Assembly (NCBI GenBank): GCA_963664435.2 | Contig: CAXXKM010000001.1 | Span: forward strand, 992,001 to 1,056,000 | Source: Longimicrobiales bacterium | Lineage (GTDB): Bacteria; Gemmatimonadota; Gemmatimonadetes; Longimicrobiales; Gaopeijiaceae | Reading direction: 5' to 3' | Length of the DNA: 64,000 nt | The notes under the pieces: model-generated | Seen by the model: only the letters and a program-made list of their open reading frames with translations | What the model was told of the DNA's origin: nothing | Database searches by the model: none | Shown: one piece after another, positions 19,026 to 28,467 of the stretch | How the letters are laid out: the number at the start of each line of letters is the position of its first letter | How positions within the stretch are numbered: position 1 is the first letter of the stretch | Translations under genes and position numbers: made by a program

Positions 19026-20144
19026 ATGTATATGCAACACCGGACGCGCATCGGTCGTCGCCTCAAGGCCGCCCGTGGCCGAGCCGGCCTGACCCAGCAG
19101 CAGCTAGCGGACAGCCTGGGCCTGAAACACCGTCAGAGCGTTGCCAGGATCGAGGATGGAGAGCGTGCGCTCGCCGCGAATGAGTTCATCATGGCGATGG
19201 ACGTTCTGGGTGTGGACCTCGACTACTTCACCGATGCATTCCGGCTGGAGGGCGAAGGCGAGTTCAGCTTCCGGACGAGTCCAGGCGTTTCAACCGCGGT
19301 TGTCGACGAGTTTGAACGCCGAGCCGGCCGATGGATCGCCACGTATCGGGAGCTGTCCCGGGAGCAGGGTCAAAGGCCGCGGTGGCTTGGGCATGCGCTG
19401 AACCTGCGACGTACGTCGTCGTTCGAAGATGCGATGGCAGCCGGCGAAGCGGTAGCACATCGCTTTGACCTCGGGCGATGCCCTGCGGAAAGACTGCGGG
19501 CTGTCATGGAGGATCGCCTGCGGATTCTGGTGCTCGATGTTGATGCGCCGCACGGCGTTTCGGGAGCTGCCGCGCGCATCCCGGGTTTCAGCTGCGTTCT
19601 CATCAGCCATCGGGAGCCCGAAGGACGCCGGAACTTCGATCTGGCCCACGAACTGTTCCACCTGCTTACCTGGGACGCGATGCCACCTGAGCGGACGGAG
19701 GCGGTTGAAGTGCGGCGCCGAGGGAAAGGATGGCGCACGGAAAGACTGGCCGAGAATTTCGCGGCGGCCGTTCTCATGCCCGGAATCATCGTGAAGAAGC
19801 ACTGGGAGTCCCGATCCCGGTCGGCCGATCCGCACGACCGGTTGAAGGAAGGCGCGGCCAGACTTCGAGTCTCCGCCTCAGCCTACAAGTGGCGTCTTCG
19901 CAACCTCGGCTTGCTCTCGAGAAGGGACATCGATGCCCTGGATGACGGGCGCCTGACTGAGAATGACCGGTCGCGCTGCGATGCGCCCTCCTTGTTCAGT
20001 CGGCCCTTCGTCACGCTGATTGCCGTCGCTCTGGACACGGGGCGCCTCTCCGTGCAGCGGGCGGCAACCATTCTGGGGCTGTCGCTTCCCGATCTGGCTG
20101 CGCTACTCCAGTCGTACGGCCACGAAGCATACTTCGAGGCGTAG
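19026..20144 (+). CDS. XRE HTH + ImmA/IrrE (peptidase M78) fusion regulator
   Basis: 'RLKAAR...LTQQQLA...VARIEDG' HTH; 'RRNFDLAHELFH' HExxH; 'ERLAENFAAAVLMP'. Confidence 0.92.
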   Translation: MYMQHRTRIGRRLKAARGRAGLTQQQLADSLGLKHRQSVARIEDGERALAANEFIMAMDVLGVDLDYFTDAFRLEGEGEFSFRTSPGVSTAVVDEFERRAGRWIATYRELSREQGQRPRWLGHALNLRRTSSFEDAMAAGEAVAHRFDLGRCPAERLRAVMEDRLRILVLDVDAPHGVSGAAARIPGFSCVLISHREPEGRRNFDLAHELFHLLTWDAMPPERTEAVEVRRRGKGWRTERLAENFAAAVLMPGIIVKKHWESRSRSADPHDRLKEGAARLRVSASAYKWRLRNLGLLSRRDIDALDDGRLTENDRSRCDAPSLFSRPFVTLIAVALDTGRLSVQRAATILGLSLPDLAALLQSYGHEAYFEA

Positions 20145-20343
20145 GGTCGGTCAGGGACGTGGCGCTGAATTAGAGCTGCAAGGCGGTCTGTAGCTCTACC
20201 CAACGGGCCTGTCCAGGCGATCGGCGGCGGCGATCCCTCCTTGCCATCCCCGAGGTCGCGCCCCGATTTTGCCCCGGTCGCGACCGTGGGACGCCGGTAA
20301 TGGCGCGCTGCGGACCGGTTCCTTCAAACGCGAGCGCCATCCC

Positions 20344-22098
20344 ATGCCCGCCTCCTCGCAACGGCAGGACCTCCGCTACCAGGCCGACGAGACGCCGGGC
20401 TGGAGCGTCTCCTTCGGGCTCGCCTTTCAGTACATCCTGCTGAACATCGCGGGCATCGTCATCACTGTGGCGATCGTGGTGCGTGCCGGAGGCGGGAGCG
20501 AGACCTATCTGGCCTGGGCGGCGTTTGCGGCGCTGATCGTGTGCGGCATCTCGACGCTGCTTCAGGCGCGACCCCTGGGCAGGATCGGGGCCGGATACAT
20601 CCTGCTGATGGGCACGTCGGGGGTGTTCATCGCGGTGTCGGTCGCGGCGCTGCAGCTGGGCGGGCCGTCGCTGCTGGCCACCCTGATCGTGGCTTCCTCT
20701 CTCTTCCAGTTCCTGATCTCGTCGCGCCTCTCGCTGCTCAGGCGCTTCATCACGCCGACGGTGGCGGGCACCGTGATCATGCTGATCGCGGTCACGGTCA
20801 TGCCCATCGGGTTCGACCTGCTCTTCGTGGCGCCGGAGGGAGCCGCGCCCGCGGCCGCGCCCTTCACTGCCCTTACCACAATCGTGATTACCGTGGTCAT
20901 CATCCTCCGGGCCCGGGGGGCGCTCCGGCTGTGGGGATCGGTGATCGGGGCGGTGGGCGGCTGCCTGGTCGCCGCCGGGTTCGGCACCTACAACATGGAA
21001 ATCGTGGGCGAAGCGCTCTGGTTCGGGATGCCGACGGCGGGATGGCCGGGCTTCGACCTGAGCCTGAGCGCCGGCTTCTGGGCCATGCTTCCGGCCTTCA
21101 TCTTCGTCACCCTTGTCGGCGCCATCGAGACCATCGGCGACGGCATGGCGATCCAGCGGGTGTCGTGGCGCGAGCGGCGGGCCACCGACTTCCGCGCCGT
21201 GCAGGGCGCGGTGGCGGCGGATGGCGTCGGCAACCTCCTGTCGGGTCTGCTCGCCACGGTTCCCAACACCACCTACTCGAACAGCGTCTCCATCGTCGAC
21301 ATCACGGGGATCGGCGCGCGCCGGGTGGGCATGTGCATCGGGCTCATCTTCATCGCCCTGGCCTTCTTCCCCAAGGCCACGGCGGTGCTGCTCGCCATCC
21401 CGGACCCGGTCGTGGGCGCCTACATCATCGTCCTGATTGCGATTCTGTTCGTGCTGGGCGTCGAGATGGTCACACAGGATGGCATCGACTATCGCAAGGC
21501 GACCATCATCGGCGTGTCGTTCTGGATCGGGGCCGGATTCCAGAGCGGCCAGATCCCGGGCGAGTACTTCGGCTGGGCGGGATCGCTGCTGGAGAACGGG
21601 ATGACCTCGGGCGGGCTCACCGCCATTCTGCTGTCGGTCTTCATGGAGCTGACCGGGCCCCGGCGCCGGCGCATCGAGACCGGCCTCAACGTCGAGGCGC
21701 TGCCGAGGATCCAGGACTTCCTGGGAGGGTTCGCGTCTCGCACGAAGCTCGCGGAGGAAACTGCCAACCGGTTGGACCTGGCAGCCGAAGAGACGCTGCT
21801 GCTGCTGCTTGAACAGGCGAAGGAGGATGACGGGCCGGACGAGCGGCGGCTGCGCGTTACCGCGCGAGCGGACGCCGGCGGAACCGAGCTCGAGTTCCTG
21901 GCCGTCACCGGAGAGGGCAACATCGAAGATCGCCTGACGCTGCTCGCGGGCCGCGCCGCGGAGGTTCCGATGGAGCGCGAGGTCTCCCTCAGGCTGCTCC
22001 GTCACCTCGCCACGTCGGTGCGGCACCAGAAGTACCACGACACCGACATCGTGACCGTGCGGGTGGATCCCGTGGGAGCAACGGGCCAGGTCGCGTAG
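20344..22098 (+). CDS. NCS2 family xanthine/uracil permease with soluble C-terminal extension
   Basis: Many TM segments; 'ISTLLQ', 'IETIGD', 'ADGVGN', 'PNTTYSNS'. Confidence 0.88.
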   Translation: MPASSQRQDLRYQADETPGWSVSFGLAFQYILLNIAGIVITVAIVVRAGGGSETYLAWAAFAALIVCGISTLLQARPLGRIGAGYILLMGTSGVFIAVSVAALQLGGPSLLATLIVASSLFQFLISSRLSLLRRFITPTVAGTVIMLIAVTVMPIGFDLLFVAPEGAAPAAAPFTALTTIVITVVIILRARGALRLWGSVIGAVGGCLVAAGFGTYNMEIVGEALWFGMPTAGWPGFDLSLSAGFWAMLPAFIFVTLVGAIETIGDGMAIQRVSWRERRATDFRAVQGAVAADGVGNLLSGLLATVPNTTYSNSVSIVDITGIGARRVGMCIGLIFIALAFFPKATAVLLAIPDPVVGAYIIVLIAILFVLGVEMVTQDGIDYRKATIIGVSFWIGAGFQSGQIPGEYFGWAGSLLENGMTSGGLTAILLSVFMELTGPRRRRIETGLNVEALPRIQDFLGGFASRTKLAEETANRLDLAAEETLLLLLEQAKEDDGPDERRLRVTARADAGGTELEFLAVTGEGNIEDRLTLLAGRAAEVPMEREVSLRLLRHLATSVRHQKYHDTDIVTVRVDPVGATGQVA

Positions 22099-22103
22099 CG
22101 CGC

Positions 22104-23417
22104 ATGGAAGAGTCCTTCCCCCAGGAATGGTGGCAATTGGCCATCGGTCTGGGCGCCCTGCTGGTCCTCGCGGTCATCGCCGACTGGATGAAGTCGCGGG
22201 TCCTCAGCAAGGCTCTCGGACGGGTGGCCAGCGAGGCCGAAATCGCTCTCGACAAGAGCTTCTTCGACAAGAACGTGCTCGGACGGCTCGCCCCGATCAT
22301 ACCTGCTCTGGTGGTCTACTACGGAATCGTTCCGGCCCTGGGGATGACCCGGGCAGAGGCGGAAGCAGGGCTGGCGCCCGGTTATCTGATTCTTTTCTGG
22401 ACCGCCGTCCGCCGACTCACGGCGGCGTTCATCGTGCTGACGCTTGCCAGAACCGTCTCGGCCTTCGTTGGAGCGTTCCACCACATCTACATGCGGGCCT
22501 ACTCGGAGTCGATTGCCAAGCCGATCAAGGGCTACGTGCAGGTTGCCACGCTCGTCATCTACGTGATTGCCGGAGTGCTGATGGTCGCCACGCTGCTGGG
22601 CCGCTCCCCCCTCGTCTTCCTGTCGGGGATCGGTGCTCTCGCGGCGGTGCTGATGGTCGTGTTCCGCAACACCCTGGTCTCGTTCGCCGCGAGCATCCAG
22701 ATCACCTCCAACGACATCCTGCGCATCGGGGACTGGGTGGAGGTGCCGCAGGTGAACGCGAACGGGACGGTGGTCGACATCGACCTGCACACGGTCAGGG
22801 TTCAGAACTGGGACAAGACGATCTCGACAATTCCGACTCAGAGGCTGATCGCCGAATCCTTCAAGAACTGGCGCGGCATGTCCGAATCCGGAGGGCGTCG
22901 CATCAAGCGGGCGATCCTCATCGATGTGAACTCGGTGCGATTCCTCGACGACGACGAGGTCCGTGAGCTGTCTCGGCGCGAGCGGCTGAGAGCCCATTTC
23001 GGGGACAGGCTGGATGAAGTGGCTCGCTCCGAGCCCTCAGGGTCCGGCGGAGATGGCAACGGCACTCCCGAGGCTTCGCAACGGACGAACCTGGAGCTGT
23101 TCCGCGCATACGTGGAGGGGTATCTTCGGGCGCACCCGAAGACGCATCAGGAGATGACCCTGATGGTGCGGCAGCTGGCCCCCGGTCCGCACGGCGCGCC
23201 GATCGAGATCTACTGTTTTTCCAACGACACGGAATGGCTCGGCTACGAGGCCTTCCAGTCGAAGATCTTCGACCACCTCTTTGCGATCCTGCCTGAATTC
23301 GGCCTCCGGGCCTTTCAGGATCGCTCCGGGAGCGACCTGCCGCGAAGGAGGGAGCCGCTGGCTCCGGTGGATGGGGACGCCAAGTCAGCGGATTCCCCGT
23401 CCGGCGTGTCGGACTAG
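22104..23417 (+). CDS. MscS family mechanosensitive channel (YbdG-like)
   Basis: 'IGDWVEVP...VRVQNWDKTISTIP...SFKNWRGM.ESGGRRIKR'. Confidence 0.93.
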   Translation: MEESFPQEWWQLAIGLGALLVLAVIADWMKSRVLSKALGRVASEAEIALDKSFFDKNVLGRLAPIIPALVVYYGIVPALGMTRAEAEAGLAPGYLILFWTAVRRLTAAFIVLTLARTVSAFVGAFHHIYMRAYSESIAKPIKGYVQVATLVIYVIAGVLMVATLLGRSPLVFLSGIGALAAVLMVVFRNTLVSFAASIQITSNDILRIGDWVEVPQVNANGTVVDIDLHTVRVQNWDKTISTIPTQRLIAESFKNWRGMSESGGRRIKRAILIDVNSVRFLDDDEVRELSRRERLRAHFGDRLDEVARSEPSGSGGDGNGTPEASQRTNLELFRAYVEGYLRAHPKTHQEMTLMVRQLAPGPHGAPIEIYCFSNDTEWLGYEAFQSKIFDHLFAILPEFGLRAFQDRSGSDLPRRREPLAPVDGDAKSADSPSGVSD

Positions 23418-23419
23418 GT

Positions 23420-25726
23420 ATGGGAAGCTTCGCGCGCACGATTTACCATATCGCCTTTACCGGCATCCTCGGCATTCCCGCCCTGCTCCACGCGCAGCAA
23501 TCCGCCAACGGGCCGCCAGCCAACGGGCCGCCGCCCAACGCGCGGGCGGCGGCGGTCGCGGCGCCTCCCGTCATCGACGGCCGGCTCGACGACGCGCTCT
23601 GGTCGGGCCTCGAGCCCCTCGACGGCTTCATCCAGCGCGAGCCCTCCGAGGGCCAGGCCGTCTCCCAGCGGACGGAGGTCCGGGTCGGCTACGACGACGC
23701 CGCTCTCTACATCGGCGCGTGGCTCTGGGACGACGACCCGTCGGGCATCGTCACGGGCCAGACGCTGCGCGACGCCTCGCTCAACGACTCGGACGCCTTC
23801 GTCGTCGTGCTGGACACCTATCTCGACCGCCAGAACGGCTTCGTCTTCGGGACGACGCCGGCCGGCATCGAATACGATGGACAGGTCACCGGCGAGGGCG
23901 TGGGCGGCGGGCGGGGCGGCGGGCGCCAGCAGCGCGGCTCGGCGGGCGGCTTCAACCTCAACTGGGACGGCTCGTGGGACGTAGCCACGACCCGGGACGA
24001 CCGCGGCTGGTACGCCGAGATGCGGATCCCGTTCTCGACACTGCGCTACGGAGCCGGGGGGACGCAGGACTGGGGCCTGAACTTCGAGCGCAAGATCCGG
24101 CGCAACAGCGAGCAGTCGATGTGGGCGCCCCTGCCCCGCCAGTTCGACCTGTACCGGATCTCGCTCGCCGGAACGCTCTCGGTGGAGGCCCCCGCCAGGC
24201 GAACGGTGACGGTCAGCCCGTACGCGCTCGCGGATGGCATCAAGGACTACCGGGTGGTCTCGCCGGAGGTGGCCTACGGCCGCCAGGTCGGCGGCGACGC
24301 CAAGATCGGCATCAACCAGAGCCTGACCCTCGACCTCACGGTGAACACCGACTTCGCGCAGGCGGAGGTGGACGACCAGCAGGTCAACCTCACGCGCTTC
24401 AGCCTCTTCTTCCCCGAGAAGCGCGCCTTCTTCCTGGAGAACGCGGGCGTCTTCGCCGTGGGGGCGAGCCGGTCGGCCGAACTCTTCTTCAGCCGCCGCA
24501 TCGGGCTTTCGGGCGGACAGGAGGTGCCGATCCAGGCGGGCGCGCGCATGACGGGCAAGGTCGGGGACTTCCAAGTCGGCGTGCTCAACATCCAGACGAG
24601 CGACGCGTTCGACATCGACGGCGAGACGGGCCTCCGCAATCAGATCGCGCCCGACAACAACTTCGGCGTGCTGCGGGCGTACCGGGAGCTCGGCAACCGG
24701 TCGCAGCTGGGCGCCATCTTCGTGTCGCGCCTCAACACCACCGATGCCGATGACTACAGCCTCACCTACGGCATCGACGGCCGGCTCGGCATCGGCGAGG
24801 CGCTGACCTTCGACGGGTGGGCGGGCATCACCACCACGCCGGTCCCCATCGGGGAGGACACGTCCGGCTCAGGGTTCAACGACGGCGAATACGGCTTCGC
24901 CGGCGGCATGCGCTACGTCACCCGCGACTGGCAGGTCGCGACCGGGTACCGGCAGATCGGCGACGCCTTCAACCCGGAGGTCGGCTTCGTCAACCGGCGC
25001 GGGTACCGCCACGTGAACTGGCGTTTTCTCCGTCATATGCGCACGGAGAGCGTGTCCTGGTTCCGGGAATTCCGACCCCACATCTCCGGGAACAGCTTCT
25101 GGACGCTGGGGGGCTTCAACGAGTCGTACCTGGTCCACATCGACAACCACTTCGCCTTCGAGAACGGCGCGTTCTTCCAGCTCCCCGGCTTCAACTTCAC
25201 GGGCGAGGGCCTCGAGGAGCCGTTCGCGATCCGGGACGACATCGTCATCCCGGCCGGCACGTACCACAACGTGGACTGGGAATTCCGCGCGAACACGAAT
25301 CGAGGCGCCCCGCTCTCGCTGTCGGGCGGATGGGCGCTGGGAGGGTTCTACAGCGGGACCCGCTTCGGTCCGAACGCGACGGTGGCGTACCGCTACGGCG
25401 ACAAGTTCAGCGGCAACGTCCGATTGAACTATTTCGACGTCCGGCTGGACGAGGGGAGCTTCACGACCGCCGTCGTCCAGTTCAACGGGTCGTATTCGTT
25501 CACGCCCCGCCTCTACCTGCAGACCAACATCCAGTACAACGACGACACCAAGGACGTCGGCACCAACCTCCGGCTCGGGTGGCTCGACACGGCCGGCACC
25601 GGGCTGTTCGTCGTCTGGAACGACACGAGGCACAGGGGACCGCTCGATCGCACGGGGATTCTGGCCGGGCCGAAGCAGCGCCAGCTGGTGGTGAAGTACA
25701 GCAAGCTGTTCAACCTGGCGGGGTAG
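23420..25726 (+). CDS. DUF5916 / CBM9-like outer membrane protein
   Basis: 'PVIDGRLDD..W', 'AEMRIPFSTLRY', 'NTDFAQAEVD...NLTRFSLFFPEKRAFFLE', 'LFFSRRIG'. Confidence 0.85.
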   Translation: MGSFARTIYHIAFTGILGIPALLHAQQSANGPPANGPPPNARAAAVAAPPVIDGRLDDALWSGLEPLDGFIQREPSEGQAVSQRTEVRVGYDDAALYIGAWLWDDDPSGIVTGQTLRDASLNDSDAFVVVLDTYLDRQNGFVFGTTPAGIEYDGQVTGEGVGGGRGGGRQQRGSAGGFNLNWDGSWDVATTRDDRGWYAEMRIPFSTLRYGAGGTQDWGLNFERKIRRNSEQSMWAPLPRQFDLYRISLAGTLSVEAPARRTVTVSPYALADGIKDYRVVSPEVAYGRQVGGDAKIGINQSLTLDLTVNTDFAQAEVDDQQVNLTRFSLFFPEKRAFFLENAGVFAVGASRSAELFFSRRIGLSGGQEVPIQAGARMTGKVGDFQVGVLNIQTSDAFDIDGETGLRNQIAPDNNFGVLRAYRELGNRSQLGAIFVSRLNTTDADDYSLTYGIDGRLGIGEALTFDGWAGITTTPVPIGEDTSGSGFNDGEYGFAGGMRYVTRDWQVATGYRQIGDAFNPEVGFVNRRGYRHVNWRFLRHMRTESVSWFREFRPHISGNSFWTLGGFNESYLVHIDNHFAFENGAFFQLPGFNFTGEGLEEPFAIRDDIVIPAGTYHNVDWEFRANTNRGAPLSLSGGWALGGFYSGTRFGPNATVAYRYGDKFSGNVRLNYFDVRLDEGSFTTAVVQFNGSYSFTPRLYLQTNIQYNDDTKDVGTNLRLGWLDTAGTGLFVVWNDTRHRGPLDRTGILAGPKQRQLVVKYSKLFNLAG

Positions 25727-25806
25727 GCGGGCGGGGGGGCCTGCGGGCCAGGCGGCGCAGGCGGGCCGGGCCGGCGGGCCAGGCGGACGGGCCAGACTGG
25801 CGCGAT

Positions 25807-28446
25807 TCAACCACCCCGGAACCCCTCTAACGCGATCCGCAGCCACATGAAGCGGCCGTTGAACCCGGCTGGAGCGTACTGGCTGTACTTGTTGCCGAGC
25901 CCCGTGAAGCGATTCGGGTTCGGTTCCGGATACGTGCCGAGGATGTTGTCCGCGCCGATGGTCGCGCGGAGTCCGTCGCGGATCCGATAGCTCACCGACA
26001 GGTCGGCCGTCCCGTAGCCGCCGAAGTCCTCATCCTCTTCCGAATCGTACCAGCCGCCGAAGTAGTTGAAGCGAGCCAGGGCGCTGAGGACGCCCGCGTT
26101 GTGGCGGATGGAGGCGATGAAACGGTCACGAGGCAGACCGAACTCGTAGTCCCTGATCTCCTGCTCGTCCGCCAGGGGCCCGCCGGGCGTAAACGCCTCG
26201 ACGGTCGTAAGGGTTCGACTGAAGGCGGCATCGAGGACGGTCGTGCCGCGTCCGACCTCGAAGACGTAGCTGCCCACGGCCTCGCATCCCCGCGTGGATG
26301 TCGTGAAGTCGTTGTTGAAGTAGTTGATGTAGTTCCAGCTGCGGGCCGAGATCAGCCCCTCGGATTCGAGCGTCGAGATGAGATCCTCGCGGACCCGGCT
26401 CGGGCCGAGGTCGGGCCGGTTGAGCTCGATGTCCCTCGAGAGGGCCAGCCGGTCCTCCACGCGGATGCTGAAGCAGTCGAGTGTGATCGCGGCCGGCGCC
26501 CGGTCCCAGACGAGGCCCAGCGACGCGTTGCGTGACCGCTCCGGCTTGAGGGTACTGCCTCCGAGCGCGACGCCGACGGGGCTCGACGGCGCGATCGTCG
26601 CCACGATCGACACCTGCCGCTCGTCGCCCGAACCGGCGTTCTTCGAGGTCGCGTTGATCGCGTTCGCCTGCCCCGGAGTCGGCCCCCGGAAGCCCGTGCT
26701 CAGGCTGCCCCGCAGCGCCAGGTCCGAGGTGAGTTCCGTGCGGCTGGAGAGCTTTCCGTTCGTGGTGGCTCCGAAATCGTCGTAGTGCTCGAAGCGAACA
26801 GCGGCACCGAGGGTCCAGCGCTCGCGCAAATCCGCTTCCATCTCCAGATAGGTGGCGCCGCTGCTCCGGGACCACCGCCCCTCGGTGTCCTCGCTGAATC
26901 CCGGGAACCCGTTCGCGCCCGCCGTGAAGCCCTGGCTCTGCAGGTCCACGGTCCGCCCGTTCCACTCGAAGGTGCGTTCCCAGGAGTCGGACTCGCCGCT
27001 TCGGACCCGAAAGGTCTCGCGTCGCCACTCGGCGCCGAAGGCGACGTTGAGGTCGGACGCCAGAGCCGTAACCGTGACCGGGTAGGAGAAGTCGGCGTTG
27101 AGGTTCGTCTCGTCCTGGCGGTAGGCGCCGGGATCGAAGGCGAAGTCGGCGGGGTTGGCCGGACCCAGAGCCGCGTTGACGGTGTTGCGGATGAAGAAGT
27201 CCACATCGCTGGTTCCGGTCGCCGCGCTCAGGTCCCACGTGAAGCCGGAATCGGACTCGCCGCGCACCCCGGCCACCGCCGAGTAGTCCCGGGTGTCGCC
27301 GCCGAAACGCGGCGTGAAGCCGCCGGGGAAGAACTGGTTGATGACGAAGCAATCCGGATGGTCGCGCCGGAAGGCATCGGCCTGGAAGGTGCCGTTCAGA
27401 TAGTACCCGCCCCGGGGGTCGAGCATCGCTGGGCATCCGCCGCTTCCGTCGCCGGTCAGGTCGCCCACCAGCCGGTGGGCGCCCCGGGTGTACACGCCTT
27501 CCCGGTTGTCGGGGTTGCGGTAGTAGAAGCCGCCGTCGGTCTCCTTTCGGGCGAAGTTCCCGAAGGCGTAGAGGCGAGCGCCATCCCCCACGGGAACGCT
27601 GGCGTTGAAGAAGGTCTTGAGGTCGCCGTTCACATTGGGGCTCCCCCAGATCTGCGCGGGGTTGGGGACGTGGACGTTGCCCGCCGCCTCCAGCGCCGCG
27701 GCGTCGTTCCGCTGGACGCTGCGGACGGTCTCGCCCGCCTGGCCGAGTTCGGCGCTCAGGTTGAGGAATCCACCGCCGAAGAGCGGCAGTCCGGTGTTGA
27801 TCGCGACATGGGCCTGTCTGCCGTCACCCTCCGTGGTCAGGCCGTATCCGGCCGCGACCTGATACCCGTCGCGGTCGTCCCTCAGAACGAAGTTCATGAC
27901 GCCGGCGATCGCATCGGAGCCGTATTGGGCCGCCGCCCCGTCCCGCAGAACCTCGACCCGCTGCAGCGCGATCGAGGGGATCACCGACAGGTCGGGGCCC
28001 TGGGCTCCTTCGGAGGCCTTGGGTACCAGCCAGGCGATGACCGCCCCGCGGTGGCGGCGTTTGCCGTTCACGAGCACCAGCGTATGGTCCGCGGCCAGGT
28101 TGCGGACGTTCGGGGGCCGCACGATGGTCGCGCCGTCGCCGATCGGCTGCGCGTTGACGCTGAAGGTCGGGACGACCGTGCGCAGCATGTCGAGCAGGTC
28201 GGCCGCTCCCTGCTCCCGTATGTTCGCCGCGCTGACGACATGCACCGGAGAGTAGGACTCGACGGCGGTCCTGCCGCCGCGCCGCGTGCCGACGACGACG
28301 ATCTCGGCCAACTCCATCACCGCGGGCACGGTATCGGGGACGGAAAGCGTGTCGGGGGGCTCCTGCGCCCGCAGCGCCGGGGCCACGACCGAGAAGGCCG
28401 TCCCGAGCAACAGGATCAAGGCGGGACCGAAACTGACTGTGCTCAT
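25807..28446 (-). CDS. TonB-dependent receptor
   Basis: TonB box 'EIVVVGTR'; plug motif 'RVEVLRDGAAAQYGSDAIAGVMN'. Confidence 0.92.
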   Translation of the reverse strand: MSTVSFGPALILLLGTAFSVVAPALRAQEPPDTLSVPDTVPAVMELAEIVVVGTRRGGRTAVESYSPVHVVSAANIREQGAADLLDMLRTVVPTFSVNAQPIGDGATIVRPPNVRNLAADHTLVLVNGKRRHRGAVIAWLVPKASEGAQGPDLSVIPSIALQRVEVLRDGAAAQYGSDAIAGVMNFVLRDDRDGYQVAAGYGLTTEGDGRQAHVAINTGLPLFGGGFLNLSAELGQAGETVRSVQRNDAAALEAAGNVHVPNPAQIWGSPNVNGDLKTFFNASVPVGDGARLYAFGNFARKETDGGFYYRNPDNREGVYTRGAHRLVGDLTGDGSGGCPAMLDPRGGYYLNGTFQADAFRRDHPDCFVINQFFPGGFTPRFGGDTRDYSAVAGVRGESDSGFTWDLSAATGTSDVDFFIRNTVNAALGPANPADFAFDPGAYRQDETNLNADFSYPVTVTALASDLNVAFGAEWRRETFRVRSGESDSWERTFEWNGRTVDLQSQGFTAGANGFPGFSEDTEGRWSRSSGATYLEMEADLRERWTLGAAVRFEHYDDFGATTNGKLSSRTELTSDLALRGSLSTGFRGPTPGQANAINATSKNAGSGDERQVSIVATIAPSSPVGVALGGSTLKPERSRNASLGLVWDRAPAAITLDCFSIRVEDRLALSRDIELNRPDLGPSRVREDLISTLESEGLISARSWNYINYFNNDFTTSTRGCEAVGSYVFEVGRGTTVLDAAFSRTLTTVEAFTPGGPLADEQEIRDYEFGLPRDRFIASIRHNAGVLSALARFNYFGGWYDSEEDEDFGGYGTADLSVSYRIRDGLRATIGADNILGTYPEPNPNRFTGLGNKYSQYAPAGFNGRFMWLRIALEGFRGG

Positions 28447-28467
28447 ACGTTCCGTACCCGCGGTCCG

